From Thermoplasmata archaeon (GTDB lineage Archaea; Thermoplasmatota; E2; JACPAO01; JAHFTW01), in contig JAXDQS010000003.1 in NCBI GenBank assembly GCA_034667725.1, positions 96,001-160,000 on the forward strand: DNA of 64,000 nt, read 5' to 3'. Every line of letters starts with the position of its first letter. The stretch's first letter is position 1. Positions 48,229 through 58,300 of the stretch are shown here, piece by piece. The notes below the pieces were generated by a model, which did no database searches, had not been told where the DNA came from, and saw only the letters and a program-made list of their open reading frames with translations. Position numbers and translations under genes: made by a program.

Positions 48229-49479
48229 CTACTCGTACGCAAGGGCCTGGATCGGCTGGATCCGCGTCGCCCGCCGTGCCGGCAGGAACCCCGCCGCGGC
48301 GCCGACGAACAGGCCGATGGCCAGGCAGATCCCGACCCATTCGTAGGGAATCACAGGCGGGATGCCGAACAGGCCCCGCACGATGCCCATCCCAAGCCCG
48401 AGGCCCAGCCCGATGGCCAGCACCGAGCCCAGGATGCCGATCAGCATCGACTCGACCAAGAACAGGCGCAGCACCTGGCCGTTCTTGGCGCCGATGGCCT
48501 TGAGGACGCCGATCTCGCGGGTGCGCTCGGTGACGCTCACCAGCATGATGTTGGCGATGCCGATGGCGCCGACCACGAGCGAGACGCCGCCGATGGCGCC
48601 CACGAACAGGGTCACCTGGCCGAAGGTGCGGGAGATGCTGGCCTGGATGTCGTCGGCGGTCGCGACCAGCATCGACTGGCCGTCCTGGCGCAGCCGGTTG
48701 GCGTCGGAGCCGTGCTCGACGAAGGCGGTGACGCGGTCGCGCACCTCGTCCACCTTGCGGACGTCGGCGGCCACGACGTTGAGCGCGGAGAACACGCGGA
48801 CGGTGGCGCCGGTGGACGGGCTTGCGCGGGTGGTGGCGTAGAACGGGTCGACGGGGACGAAGACGCGGCCGTTGCGGTCGCCGAACAGCGACTCGTCGCG
48901 GGTGAGGACGCCGGCGACGGTGGCGGCCTGGGTGCGGCCGTCCTGGAAGCGGACGGTGATGGCGTCGCCTGCCTGGACGGAGCCGTTGCCGAGCAGTTGG
49001 GCGACCCCGGCGCCGAGGACGAGCTGGGGCTTGCCGGACTCGAAGGCCTTGCCGGCGGCGTAGCCGGAGGGCTCGCGAAGCTCGTCGGCGTCCGGGGTGG
49101 TGGCGGTGAGGCGCTCGAAGGTCAGCTCCTTGCCGTTCCATGCCAGGCTGCTGGCGGGCAGCTCGGCGGACACCAGGACGCGCTCGACGCCGTCCAAGGC
49201 GGCGATGCGGTCGATGTCGACCTGGGTGAAGATGTTGCACGCCGTCATGCAGTCCGGCGGCCCTTGGTCGACGGGGGTGAGGGTGCTGGTGACGAAGATG
49301 GATTTCTGGTCGACCGAGTCGAACTGGCTGACGATGGTCTCCTCGAAGCTGGCGCCGATGACGACGACGCCGAGGACGGAGCCGATGCCGATGATGACGC
49401 CGAGGATGGTGAGGATGCTGCGCACCTTGTGGCCCCAGAGGTTGCTGGCGGCCATCCGGAGGGTCTCGCCGAACCGCAT
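48229..49479 (-). CDS. ABC transporter permease (MacB/FtsX family)
   Basis: [52 protein letters not shown]. Confidence 0.94.
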   Translation of the reverse strand: MRFGETLRMAASNLWGHKVRSILTILGVIIGIGSVLGVVVIGASFEETIVSQFDSVDQKSIFVTSTLTPVDQGPPDCMTACNIFTQVDIDRIAALDGVERVLVSAELPASSLAWNGKELTFERLTATTPDADELREPSGYAAGKAFESGKPQLVLGAGVAQLLGNGSVQAGDAITVRFQDGRTQAATVAGVLTRDESLFGDRNGRVFVPVDPFYATTRASPSTGATVRVFSALNVVAADVRKVDEVRDRVTAFVEHGSDANRLRQDGQSMLVATADDIQASISRTFGQVTLFVGAIGGVSLVVGAIGIANIMLVSVTERTREIGVLKAIGAKNGQVLRLFLVESMLIGILGSVLAIGLGLGLGMGIVRGLFGIPPVIPYEWVGICLAIGLFVGAAAGFLPARRATRIQPIQALAYE

Positions 49480-50258
49480 CAGGGCCGCCTCCGGACGGGA
49501 TGGGGCCCGCTGATTGGCAAGCGGCGGCCAGGCAAGGGCACCGAGGGCGCCGGCGCGGGGGGCGCCTTGGGGTGGACCTGTTCGTCGCGCTCCAGCACGC
49601 CGTCCTGGATGCGCAGGATGCGCTGGGCGTGGCGGGCCATCGACTCGTCGTGCGTGACCTGGATGATGGTGCGGCCCTGCGCGTGCAGCCGGCCGAACAG
49701 CGCCATGAGCTCGCGGCTGGTGGCGGAGTCGAGGTTGCCCGTCGGCTCGTCGGCAAGCAGGATGGGCGGGTCGAGCGCGAGGGCGCGGGCGATGGCGACG
49801 CGCTGCTTCTGGCCGCCCGAGAGCTGGGCGGGCCGGTGGTGCAGGCGGTCGCCGAGCCCGACGGCGTCGAGGAGCTCGGCGGCGCGGGCCTTGCGGCGCG
49901 CGGCCGGCCAGCCGGCGACGGCCATGGGGAGGGCCACGTTCTGCTGGGCGGTGAGGCGCGGCATGAGGTTGAAGCCCTGGAACACGAAGCCCAGCAGGTC
50001 GCGGCGGGCCTCGGCGGCGGCGTCGGGGGTGAGCTTGCCGACGTCGCGGCCCATGAGGCGGAGGGTGCCGGCGGTGGGGCGGTCGAGGATGCCGACCAGG
50101 TGCAGCAGGGTGGACTTGCCGGAGCCGCTGGGGCCCATGATGGAGACGAAGGCGCCGCGCGGGATGGTGAAGCCAAGGCCCTTGAGGACCTCGACGTCGC
50201 TTTCGCCGGCGCGGTACGATTTCCGCAGGCCGGCTGCGACGATGGCGGGTTCGCCCAC
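49479..50258 (-). CDS. ABC transporter ATP-binding protein (LolD/MacB family)
   Basis: [37 protein letters not shown]. Confidence 0.95.
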   Translation of the reverse strand: MGEPAIVAAGLRKSYRAGESDVEVLKGLGFTIPRGAFVSIMGPSGSGKSTLLHLVGILDRPTAGTLRLMGRDVGKLTPDAAAEARRDLLGFVFQGFNLMPRLTAQQNVALPMAVAGWPAARRKARAAELLDAVGLGDRLHHRPAQLSGGQKQRVAIARALALDPPILLADEPTGNLDSATSRELMALFGRLHAQGRTIIQVTHDESMARHAQRILRIQDGVLERDEQVHPKAPPAPAPSVPLPGRRLPISGPHPVRRRP

Positions 50259-50265
50259 GCTCAGG

Positions 50266-50835
50266 TCAAGGCGTGCCGGACTTCAGGGCTTCCTTCCAGC
50301 CGGTGATGCGCAGGTGGGCGATGACCGGGAGGAACAGGTCGCCAAGGCGCTTGCCCTTGGGCGTGAGGGTGTACTCGACCCGGACGGGGACCTCGGGGTA
50401 CACAGTGCGGGCGACGATGCCGAGGCTCTCCAGCTCCTTGAGGCGGATGCTGAGGGTGCGGCTGCCGATGCCGGGGAGGTTCTCCTTGAGCTCGTTGAAG
50501 CGGCGGGGCTCCTTCATCCGCAGCAGGAAGCACACCTCGATGCTCCACTTTTGCAGCAGGGGGTTGAGGGCCTCGACGGACTTGCGGACCTCGCGCTCCA
50601 GGTCGCCGAAGCCGGTGAGCCAGGTGACCACTTGGTCCATGGCCTTGCGGTGGCCTTCGGCGAGGTCGTCGAGGAAGGCGTCGAGCTGGCCGATCATGAC
50701 CTCGTTGAGCTCCTGCTGTTCCTTGCTGGGCCGCGGCTTGGAGGGGTCGGGGAGGTCCTTCGGGCTGGGCGGGCGGGGGGCCCGCTGCTGGCGCGCGCCC
50801 TTGGTGTCGTCCGGGATACCTGGAGTAGCGCCCAT
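50266..50835 (-). CDS. HxlR-family winged-helix transcriptional regulator
   Basis: KWS....L....RRFNEL...GI..RTLS.RLKELE..GIV.R..YPEVP.RVEY.LT.KG; N-terminal extension. Confidence 0.9.
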   Translation of the reverse strand: MGATPGIPDDTKGARQQRAPRPPSPKDLPDPSKPRPSKEQQELNEVMIGQLDAFLDDLAEGHRKAMDQVVTWLTGFGDLEREVRKSVEALNPLLQKWSIEVCFLLRMKEPRRFNELKENLPGIGSRTLSIRLKELESLGIVARTVYPEVPVRVEYTLTPKGKRLGDLFLPVIAHLRITGWKEALKSGTP

Positions 50836-50934
50836 CACTGCCCCCCTTATACCGCCCTTTCACATCTAGGTTCTGTTCAGAAAGCAGTGTCGCTTATGGC
50901 GGCTGCTTCCAAAATGAAACCGCAGGCCCTTCCC

Positions 50935-51861
50935 ATGGACGAACTCGACACCCCAAGCAGCGACCCCTTCCCGTTCCACCATGACAACGGATGGAGCAAG
51001 GCCCTCGTCCTGGTCTTCGTCATCCTCCCCCTGCTGGCGTTCGGCTTCGGCGTCTGGTCCTTCTGGGGCGTCGGCGTCGGCGTGTTCGAGCTGACCCTGC
51101 TGGCGGTCATGTGGACCGTCACCGGCCTCGGCATCAGCGTCGGCTTCCACCGCATGCTCACCCACCGCGCCGTCACCCTGCGCGCCCCCGCCCGCTTCAC
51201 CATGCTGGTCCTCGGCACCATGTCGATGCAGGGCCCCGCCTCCGACTGGGCGGCCACCCACATCCGGCACCACGCCAAGGCCGACCGCGAAGGCGACCCC
51301 CACAGCCCCCTCGAAGGCTTCTGGCACGCCCACTTCGGCTGGCTCCTCCGGGACCGCTTCGTCCGCGACGGCCTGGCCCACGAGAAGCTCATGGCCGACC
51401 CCGTCACCCGCTTCGTCAGCAACACCTGGGTCGTCTGGGCCACCCTCGGCATGGTCATCCCCGGCATCGTCGGCTGGCTCGTCGTCGGCGGCGTCTGGGG
51501 CTTCGTGGACGGCCTGCTGTGGGGCGGCTTCGTCCGCGTCTTTTTGGGCCACCACATCACCTGGAGCGTCAACTCCCTCGGCCACATGTTCGGCACCCGG
51601 CCGTTCGCCATCCAGGACCGCGCCACCAACAACTTCCTCGTCGCCCTCCTGGGCTGGGGCGAAGGCTGGCACAACAACCACCACGCCTTCCCCCGCGCCG
51701 CCTTCATCGGCATGCGCTGGTACCAGGTCGACGCCGGCAAGATGCTGATTCGCGTCCTGCAGGTCCTCGGGCAAGTGCGCAGCATCCACATGCCGACGCG
51801 CGAGGAGCGGCAGGCGAAGCGCGCCCGGCGGGCCAAGAGCAAGAAGCCGGCGGCGGCCTGA
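50935..51861 (+). CDS. Acyl-CoA (delta-9-type) fatty acid desaturase
   Basis: His boxes HRMLTH, HIRHH, HNNHH; DPHSP, GEGW; TM helices; alternative starts 50896/50914. Confidence 0.92.
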   Translation: MDELDTPSSDPFPFHHDNGWSKALVLVFVILPLLAFGFGVWSFWGVGVGVFELTLLAVMWTVTGLGISVGFHRMLTHRAVTLRAPARFTMLVLGTMSMQGPASDWAATHIRHHAKADREGDPHSPLEGFWHAHFGWLLRDRFVRDGLAHEKLMADPVTRFVSNTWVVWATLGMVIPGIVGWLVVGGVWGFVDGLLWGGFVRVFLGHHITWSVNSLGHMFGTRPFAIQDRATNNFLVALLGWGEGWHNNHHAFPRAAFIGMRWYQVDAGKMLIRVLQVLGQVRSIHMPTREERQAKRARRAKSKKPAAA

Positions 51862-51864
51862 GCG

Positions 51865-52160
51865 AACTGGACACAGAGTTCACAGACTTCTGTGGGAATC
51901 TTCCGAATCTAAGGGAATCCGTGCCCGTCGCGTCTCCCGCCGACTGGACACAGATTCCACAGACTTCTGCGGAGATCCTCCGAATCTGGGTGAGTCAGTG
52001 CCGTTCGGCTCCCGGCGCACACAGATTCCACAGACCTGGCTTTGGTTCTGGCGGGGCCTGCAAAAATTCCACAGACCGTCTGTGGGAATCTTCCGAATCT
52101 GAGAAAATCAGTGCTGGTCGCGCCCCAGGATGGGCACAGATTCCACAGACCCTTCTGGGA
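51865..52160. repeat. Modular palindromic intergenic repeat cluster C (inverted orientation)
   Basis: Reverse complement reads partial arm, long, short, short units; between convergent desaturase and hpt. Confidence 0.92.
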
Positions 52161-52190
52161 GAAACCGAACGCGCGTGCCGCTCCTGGTCT

Positions 52191-52757
52191 TTACTCGGTG
52201 GCGAGCCGGACCTTCCCCGCGACCACCTTCAAGGTCTTCATCGCCCGCACCGGCACGCCATGCCGCTCCTCCAGCGTCGCGCGGCTCTTGCCTTTGTCCG
52301 CGAACACCAGCACGCCGTTGACCTTGGCCTTCATGCCGGCCAGCGCTCCCAGCAGGGCGTCGAGGGTGCGGCCGGTGCTCACGACGTCGTCCACCAGGAC
52401 CACCTTCTCGCCGGGGCGGACGTCGTTGACGTGCAGGCAGGATTCGCCGTAGCCAGTCTCGCAGTAGGCGACCTCCTCGCCGGGCAGGCCGTACTGGCGC
52501 TTCCGGATGACGGCGTAGGGGATGCCGGTGCGCAGGCTTAGGGCGGCCACCAAGGGGAGCCCCATCGCTTCCGGGGCCAGGAGCAGGTCGGCGTTCTCCA
52601 AGATGTCACCCTGCTTGGCGGCCCAGCCGGTCCAGCCCTTCAGGAGCTTGGGGTCGCAGCGGGGCACGCCGTCCATGAGCGGGTGCACGACGTAGGAGTA
52701 GCCCTTCCGGTCCAGCACCAGGGCCTCGGCCAAGCTGCGGTCGATGGCGTCGCTCAC
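52191..52757 (-). CDS. hpt: Archaeal hypoxanthine/guanine (purine) phosphoribosyltransferase
   Basis: Y.YVVHPLMDGVP, EAMGLP, IRKRQYGLPGE, VLVDDVVSTGRT; GTG overlaps mfnA stop. Confidence 0.88.
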   Translation of the reverse strand: MSDAIDRSLAEALVLDRKGYSYVVHPLMDGVPRCDPKLLKGWTGWAAKQGDILENADLLLAPEAMGLPLVAALSLRTGIPYAVIRKRQYGLPGEEVAYCETGYGESCLHVNDVRPGEKVVLVDDVVSTGRTLDALLGALAGMKAKVNGVLVFADKGKSRATLEERHGVPVRAMKTLKVVAGKVRLATE

Positions 52758-53890
52758 AGCACGGCCTCCAAGGCCTTCAGGAACGACTCGAGCCGGTCGC
52801 GGGTGATGTGCGGGTTCACGACCACCCGCAGCGCGCTGAAGCGGGGCATGACGTTGCACCGGAAGCCCTTGGCCGCGAGCTTGGCGGCCAGCACGCCCGG
52901 GTTGTCGGCGCGCAGCGCGACGACGGCCAGCTCGGGGCTGGCCACCAGCTCGACGCCCAGCTCCGGCAGGCGGGCACCGAGCCAGGCGGCGTTGTCGAGG
53001 CAGGTCTCGGCAACACTGGCGAGGCCCTTGCGGCCGAGGTGGCGGTGGACCGCCCAGGTGGCCGCGATGGGGCCGCCGGGGCGCGTGCCTAGCAGGGTGC
53101 TCTGCGACTCGGTGGAGACGTACGGGGTGCGGACGGCGGTGTGGCTCCAGTCGCGGCCGTCGCGCAGCAGCAGCACGCCGGCGGGGATGGTGGCCATGGC
53201 GGACTTGTGCGGGTCCACGGCCAGGCTCCAGACGCCGGGCAGCGCGAAGTCGAACGGGATGGGCTTGCGGCCGGCCTCGCCCATGAACGGGAGGAAGTAG
53301 CCGCCGTAGGAGGCGTCGACGTGCAGCAGGACGCCGTGGATGTGGCACATGCGCGCCAGGTCCTCGATGGGGTCCACCAGGCCCAGCTCCGTGGTCCCCG
53401 CGATGCCGACGACGAGGGCGGTGCCTTCGCCCACGGCCGCCTGCATGGCCTTGACGTCGGCGCGGCCGGCCATGTCGGTGGGGACGTAGCGCAGCTTCAT
53501 GCCCAAGAGGCGCGCGGCCTTCTCGAAGCTGAAGTGGGCCGAGTCGGGGAGGACGACCTCGCGGCGGCCGGTCTTCTCGCGCGCCAGGTAGAGCGCCAGG
53601 ATGTTGGCCTCGGTGCCGCCCGAGGTGAAGCGGCCGGCGGCGCCGCGCGGCGCGTGGAACAGGTCCAAGAGGTCGGCCAGCGCCTCGACCTCCAGCCGGG
53701 CCGCGCCGGGGAAGTGGGCCGGGTCGCCCAGGTTGACCTCGAGGAACACGGCATGGGCGTGGGCGGCCTCGTCGTGCGGCGCCGTGCACATCGAGCCCAG
53801 GATCTGCCCCTTCGCGAAGGAGGCGTCCTCGCGCCGGGCCCGCGCCAGCGCCGAGCGCACGCGCGACCTGCTCCAGCCCTCCTCCTGCAC
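52754..53890 (-). CDS. mfnA: PLP-dependent L-tyrosine/L-aspartate decarboxylase MfnA
   Basis: ILGSMCT.PH, NLGDP, SGGTEANI, AHFSFEKA, HVDASYGG, VDPHK, GTRPG. Confidence 0.92.
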   Translation of the reverse strand: MQEEGWSRSRVRSALARARREDASFAKGQILGSMCTAPHDEAAHAHAVFLEVNLGDPAHFPGAARLEVEALADLLDLFHAPRGAAGRFTSGGTEANILALYLAREKTGRREVVLPDSAHFSFEKAARLLGMKLRYVPTDMAGRADVKAMQAAVGEGTALVVGIAGTTELGLVDPIEDLARMCHIHGVLLHVDASYGGYFLPFMGEAGRKPIPFDFALPGVWSLAVDPHKSAMATIPAGVLLLRDGRDWSHTAVRTPYVSTESQSTLLGTRPGGPIAATWAVHRHLGRKGLASVAETCLDNAAWLGARLPELGVELVASPELAVVALRADNPGVLAAKLAAKGFRCNVMPRFSALRVVVNPHITRDRLESFLKALEAVL

Positions 53891-53912
53891 GGGGCGCGGG
53901 ACCGTCTTGGCT

Positions 53913-53920
53913 GATAAAAG
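53913..53920 (-). promoter_or_regulatory. TATA box of mfnA-hpt
   Basis: CTTTTATC on minus strand 22 nt upstream of GTG 53890. Confidence 0.55.
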
Positions 53921-53952
53921 GGGGGCGGCCCGGCGGCCGCGGACGGGGCGCG

Positions 53953-54555
53953 TCAAGCGCCGTGGGCGGCTTCGGCGCGGGCGGCGTGGCGCATCCCGAT
54001 CCCCAGCGCGACCGTGCCGGCGAGGAGGATGACGACCCCAAGGCTGGCCCCGAAGCCCACGACGGCGTAGCCCAGCCCGCCGGGCGGCCCGGACAGGTCC
54101 ATGGCGCGATGGAGCGTGTCGTCCGCCTCCGCCATGCCCGCGCCGGCGAAGGCGAAGCCGACCCAGGCCAGGCCCGCTGCGCCCCAGCCGGCCCACCGCC
54201 GGAGGCGCCGCGCCCGGGCTGCCTCCGCGTCGGGGGGCCCGGAGCCCATGGTGACGGCGACGGCTGCCAGGGCGACGGCGGCCGTGGCGCCCGCCATCAT
54301 CCAGGCGCCCACCATGATCTTGCCCGTGCCCGCCAATCGGGCGGAGGCGTCGCCGGCCCAGCCGTGCCCTTTCCCCCAGGCCCGCCATTCCCAGGGCTCA
54401 TAGTGGATGCTCCGGCCGTCGCTGCACCGGTGGTCGTCCCAGGAGCACCGCTCGACCAGCCTCGCCTCGAACAAGGGCAGGGCGTGGAGGGCAGTGAACG
54501 CGGCCAAGGCGAGGCCCATCCAGCAGCGGGCCAGCGTCGAAGGGTCCCTCGCCAC
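53953..54555 (-). CDS. Hypothetical 4-TM membrane protein
   Basis: Four hydrophobic segments, Cys pair in first loop; TATA-like CTTTTTATC 21 nt upstream of GTG. Confidence 0.6.
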   Translation of the reverse strand: MARDPSTLARCWMGLALAAFTALHALPLFEARLVERCSWDDHRCSDGRSIHYEPWEWRAWGKGHGWAGDASARLAGTGKIMVGAWMMAGATAAVALAAVAVTMGSGPPDAEAARARRLRRWAGWGAAGLAWVGFAFAGAGMAEADDTLHRAMDLSGPPGGLGYAVVGFGASLGVVILLAGTVALGIGMRHAARAEAAHGA

Positions 54556-54675
54556 GGACGCGGACTCGCTCGGGCCGATAAAAAGCGGCTCGCAGCCCTG
54601 CCGCTCCCTGCACGGCCATGCTTTCACCAGCCTCTGGACGCCTGTTCCTAAAGCCCGGCATGGCTCCCCTTCCCC

Positions 54676-54960
54676 ATGACCTCGCACCTTGCCCGCCTCG
54701 CCCAGGCCGGCATCCTCAGCCGCAACGGCGCCGTCCTCCGGGCCACCCCCCGCTTCCTCGCCCACGCCGAAGCCACCGCCGCCCGCCTGCACGGGCTGGG
54801 GACCGTGGGCGTGCTGCACGCCGCGCTCTCGAGCTGGGACGACGTCGCCGACGTCCGGGGCGCCGCCGCCTTCCTGGCCGACTTCCTGGGCGAGCGCGAC
54901 CAGCTCGGCGCCCTGCGGCCGGTGTTCCCGGTGCTGGAAGGGTTTGGGGTCGCGGCGTAG
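54676..54960 (+). CDS. Small hypothetical protein
   Basis: 94-aa ORF with genome-typical C/G third positions. Confidence 0.6.
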   Translation: MTSHLARLAQAGILSRNGAVLRATPRFLAHAEATAARLHGLGTVGVLHAALSSWDDVADVRGAAAFLADFLGERDQLGALRPVFPVLEGFGVAA

Positions 54961-55048
54961 AGCTCCAGTCGCCCCCATCGCAACTAGAGGTCCCATTCGG
55001 CCGTATCTACCGCCGGAAGGTCGGGCTCCTCCCAATCAGCGAGGCGAA

Positions 55049-55130
55049 TGCGGGAGGACGGATTTGAACCGTCGAAACACGAAGTCCCCGATCTTAAGTC
55101 GGGTGCCGTTGGCCGCTTGGCTACTCCCGC
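55049..55130 (-). tRNA. tRNA-Leu (anticodon TAA)
   Basis: GCGGGAG/CTCCCGC acceptor, CCCGA-CTTAAGA-TCGGG anticodon arm, long variable arm, GGTTCAAATCC T-loop; no encoded CCA. Confidence 0.93.
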
Positions 55131-55325
55131 GCGAGGTCGCAGAACGTCAGCCTAAGCGGGGGGCGGCCACGCCGACGCGAGGGGTGCGATGCAAAAAACC
55201 GTGCGCCTAAGGGAATATACCTCCGGGGAATCGCCAAGCCCATGTCCGGCGGCGGATCGACGTCTAAAGGTTGTGCAAGCGGTAAGCTGTCGCCGAATGA
55301 AATAGGAGCGCACGGTCGTCCTGCC

Positions 55326-58300
55326 GTGGTCTCCGTGGTCGGTGCACGCAAGCGAACCTTTGGTCCCGCCATCCTGGCAATCGTCCTGGTGGTCCCGCTC
55401 CTCTCCGGCGCCATCGCGCCGCACCCCGAGCCCGCCGCCCCTGTGGACGAGCGCCGCGCCGCCCTCGGCGAGCTGCTGGACTTCGTCGAATCCGCCGACG
55501 CCCGCGCCTTGGCCCAGGTGCGCGACCGCATCGCCCCCGGCCCCTTGGCCGCCCCGTCCTTGCTGTTGCACGCGCATGGCGAGGCCCTGCGCTCCGCCAT
55601 GCTTGCGGCGCTTCTTGAGGCGCCGAGCGACGCGTGGAGCCTGGACGAGGCCGCCTTCGCCTACCAGGTCGCCCTGCGCACGGCGGCCGCGCACGCCCAG
55701 ACCGAGCTCAGCTCCAGCCTCATGGCCGACATGCACGACTGGTTCGAGGACGGCACGCCGCCCGCGTCCATCCACGTCACGTCGCCCGCCACTCCCAGCG
55801 GCTCCGCCGGCCTCCCGGTCCAGCCCCTGGAGGCGCCCGCCAAGCGCACCGCCTCGAAGCAGGCCAACCTCAACGGCGGCTCGCCCGACGCGCCGCCCGC
55901 CCACCCCGTGACCCCGTCCACCGACCCGCCGGCCACCAGCGCCCCCGCGGCGGGCGGCGGTGGCCTCGGTGGCGGCGGTGGCGTCGGCATCATGTCCGCC
56001 GACACCTGGAGCTGGGTGTCGTGGCAGGCCACGTCCACCCCCTTCTGCACCAACTGCGACACCAGCATCACCTCCGGCACGACGGTCTCGGCCAACATGG
56101 ACGGCTGGGAGTTCAACGTCCGCACCGTCAACGTCAAGGTCCGCGCCTACGACGTGGACGTGGCCGAGGGCGAAGTGGACAAGGTGTTCTACAACGGCGT
56201 CCAGATCGGCACCCTCACGGGCAGCAGCAACACCTGGAGCATCACCACTATCTCGGTCCCAGTCTCCTACTTCCAGGACTACGGCAGCAACTCCATCACG
56301 GTCACGGTGAGCCCGCCCGGCTACTACGCCGAGATCGACTACATCGCCCTGGAGGCCGAGACCAACAGCATCATCACCATCACGACGCCCGTGGTCACCG
56401 ACCGCACCTGGTACGACTGGGGCGAGTCGATGACGGTCACCTACACCGCCAGCATCGGCAGCAGCTTCAGCCAGAACCTGCCCGTCGAGATCTACCTGCT
56501 CGACCCCTCCGGCACGGTCCAGTCCAGCTACTCGCACCGCATCACGCTGTCCAACGCTGCCTCCAGCGTCCAGACCGTGACGCTCTACGTCCCCTGGTCG
56601 GGCACCCGCAGCGAGCTTTGGAAGGTGGACGTCAACCCGCAGTGGTCCTACTTCACCAACGTCAAGGTGGGCCTGCCGCCCGCCGACATCACGTCGCTGA
56701 CCGCGAACGCCCGCATGACCTGGGGCACGACGTTCAGCTGGAACGCGAACATCGCCAACACCTACGGCGCGGCCCACCGCGTCGACCTGCGCGTCACGCT
56801 CTACGACCCCTACGGCTCCCAGTATGGCAGCACGCAGCTCCAGAGCTTCACCCTGGGCACCGGCGGCGCCGCGCGCACCGGCAGCTTCACGCTCCCCGCG
56901 AGCGGCTCCGGCTACTGGCAGGTGTACGCCACCGTCAGCGGCGACTCCGCCAGCACCTTCCCGCTCGTCGGCCCCGACCTGACGGCGGCCACGGCCGACG
57001 TCGCCGTGTCGCTGGCAAGCTACAGCGGCTCCGGCCTGTCGCAGCTCACCGCCTCAGGCCTCATGCGCTACAACACCGTCTCCTCGGCCACCACCGCGCA
57101 GACGTCGCTACAGATCTACGACTACGTCGGCCACTCCACCTCCTTCCCCGAGACGGAGAGCGTCGGCACCGGCACCGGCAGCGCCGCCGGCAGCGCCTAC
57201 ACCGCCTACGTGGACCTCGACAACAGCCCCACCGTCACCTACACGGTCGACACCGGCTCCAACGTCAACGAGGCCATCGAGTCGAACAACCAGGCCACCA
57301 AGGCGTTCACGCTCTCCGGCGGCACCTCCGTCACGAGCCTGACCACGACCGCGTCGGCCTACGCCTTCGGCGACACCGTCTCGCTCACGTTCCGCGTCCA
57401 GGAGACCTCCGGCACGGCCCAGACCACCGGCATCGCGTGGGAGCTCGTCAACCCCTACGGCACCACCGTCAACTCCGGCTCGGTCATCACCACCGTCTCG
57501 TCGTCGACGCCCTACGTCTCGACCCGGACGCTGGCCATCCCGTCCTCCGGCGTCGCCGGCACGGGCTGGCAGGTCAAGGTGTACGCCAATTACGCCTACC
57601 GCGCCGTCTCCATCCAGGTCGGCCCCGACTACTCGGTCGGCGCCGCCGACATCGAGGCCACCCTGTCGTCGTACAGCGGCTCCGGCCTCTCGGCCATCCA
57701 GGTCCGCGGCACCGAGCACCACGCCTACGTCGGCCCCGGCTCCGCCAGCCTCTCGACCTACATCTACGGCTACGACTACGCCGGCCACACCGACTCGCAG
57801 GCCAACACCCTGTCCATCCCGGCCGGCAGCGGCGCGGTCACGACCCCTTACGCCTTCATCGACCTCGACCTGGACAACTCCCCCACCCTGGAGTTCTACG
57901 CCGACTACACGGGCGCCATCCAGGAGGTCTCCGAGAGCAACAACTACGCCGCCAAGGCGTTCACGCTGTCCTCGACCTCCTCGGTGTATGCCTACTCGAC
58001 GCCGGACTCGTGGTACGCCTTCGGCGCCACCATCCCCGTCGACATCCAGGTCCGCGAGACCTCCGGCACCGGCAAGACGACCGGCATCTCCTGGGAGCTG
58101 GCCAACCCGTCCGGCACCATCGTCGCCAGCGGCTCCACCATCGCCACGGTGTCCAGCTCGACGCCCTGGTCGGCCCGCCAGTACCTCACGGCCCCGTCGT
58201 CGGGCGCCGTCGGCTCCGGCTGGACGGTGCGCGTCTCCGCCAACTACGACCACCGCAGCATCCCCGTGACCCTCGGCCCCGACCTCAGCGTCGATGGCGA

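Noticed and set aside
52754-53890. Methanofuran biosynthesis/methanogenesis inferred from mfnA
   Set aside because: MfnA homologs act as aspartate decarboxylase for CoA synthesis in many non-methanogenic archaea; no other methanogenesis genes are present, and an O2-dependent desaturase is adjacent.
55049-55130. bldA-like regulatory role of tRNA-Leu(UAA) in a high-GC genome
   Set aside because: This tRNA is near-universal, and I could not identify a set of TTA-containing genes here to support regulation.
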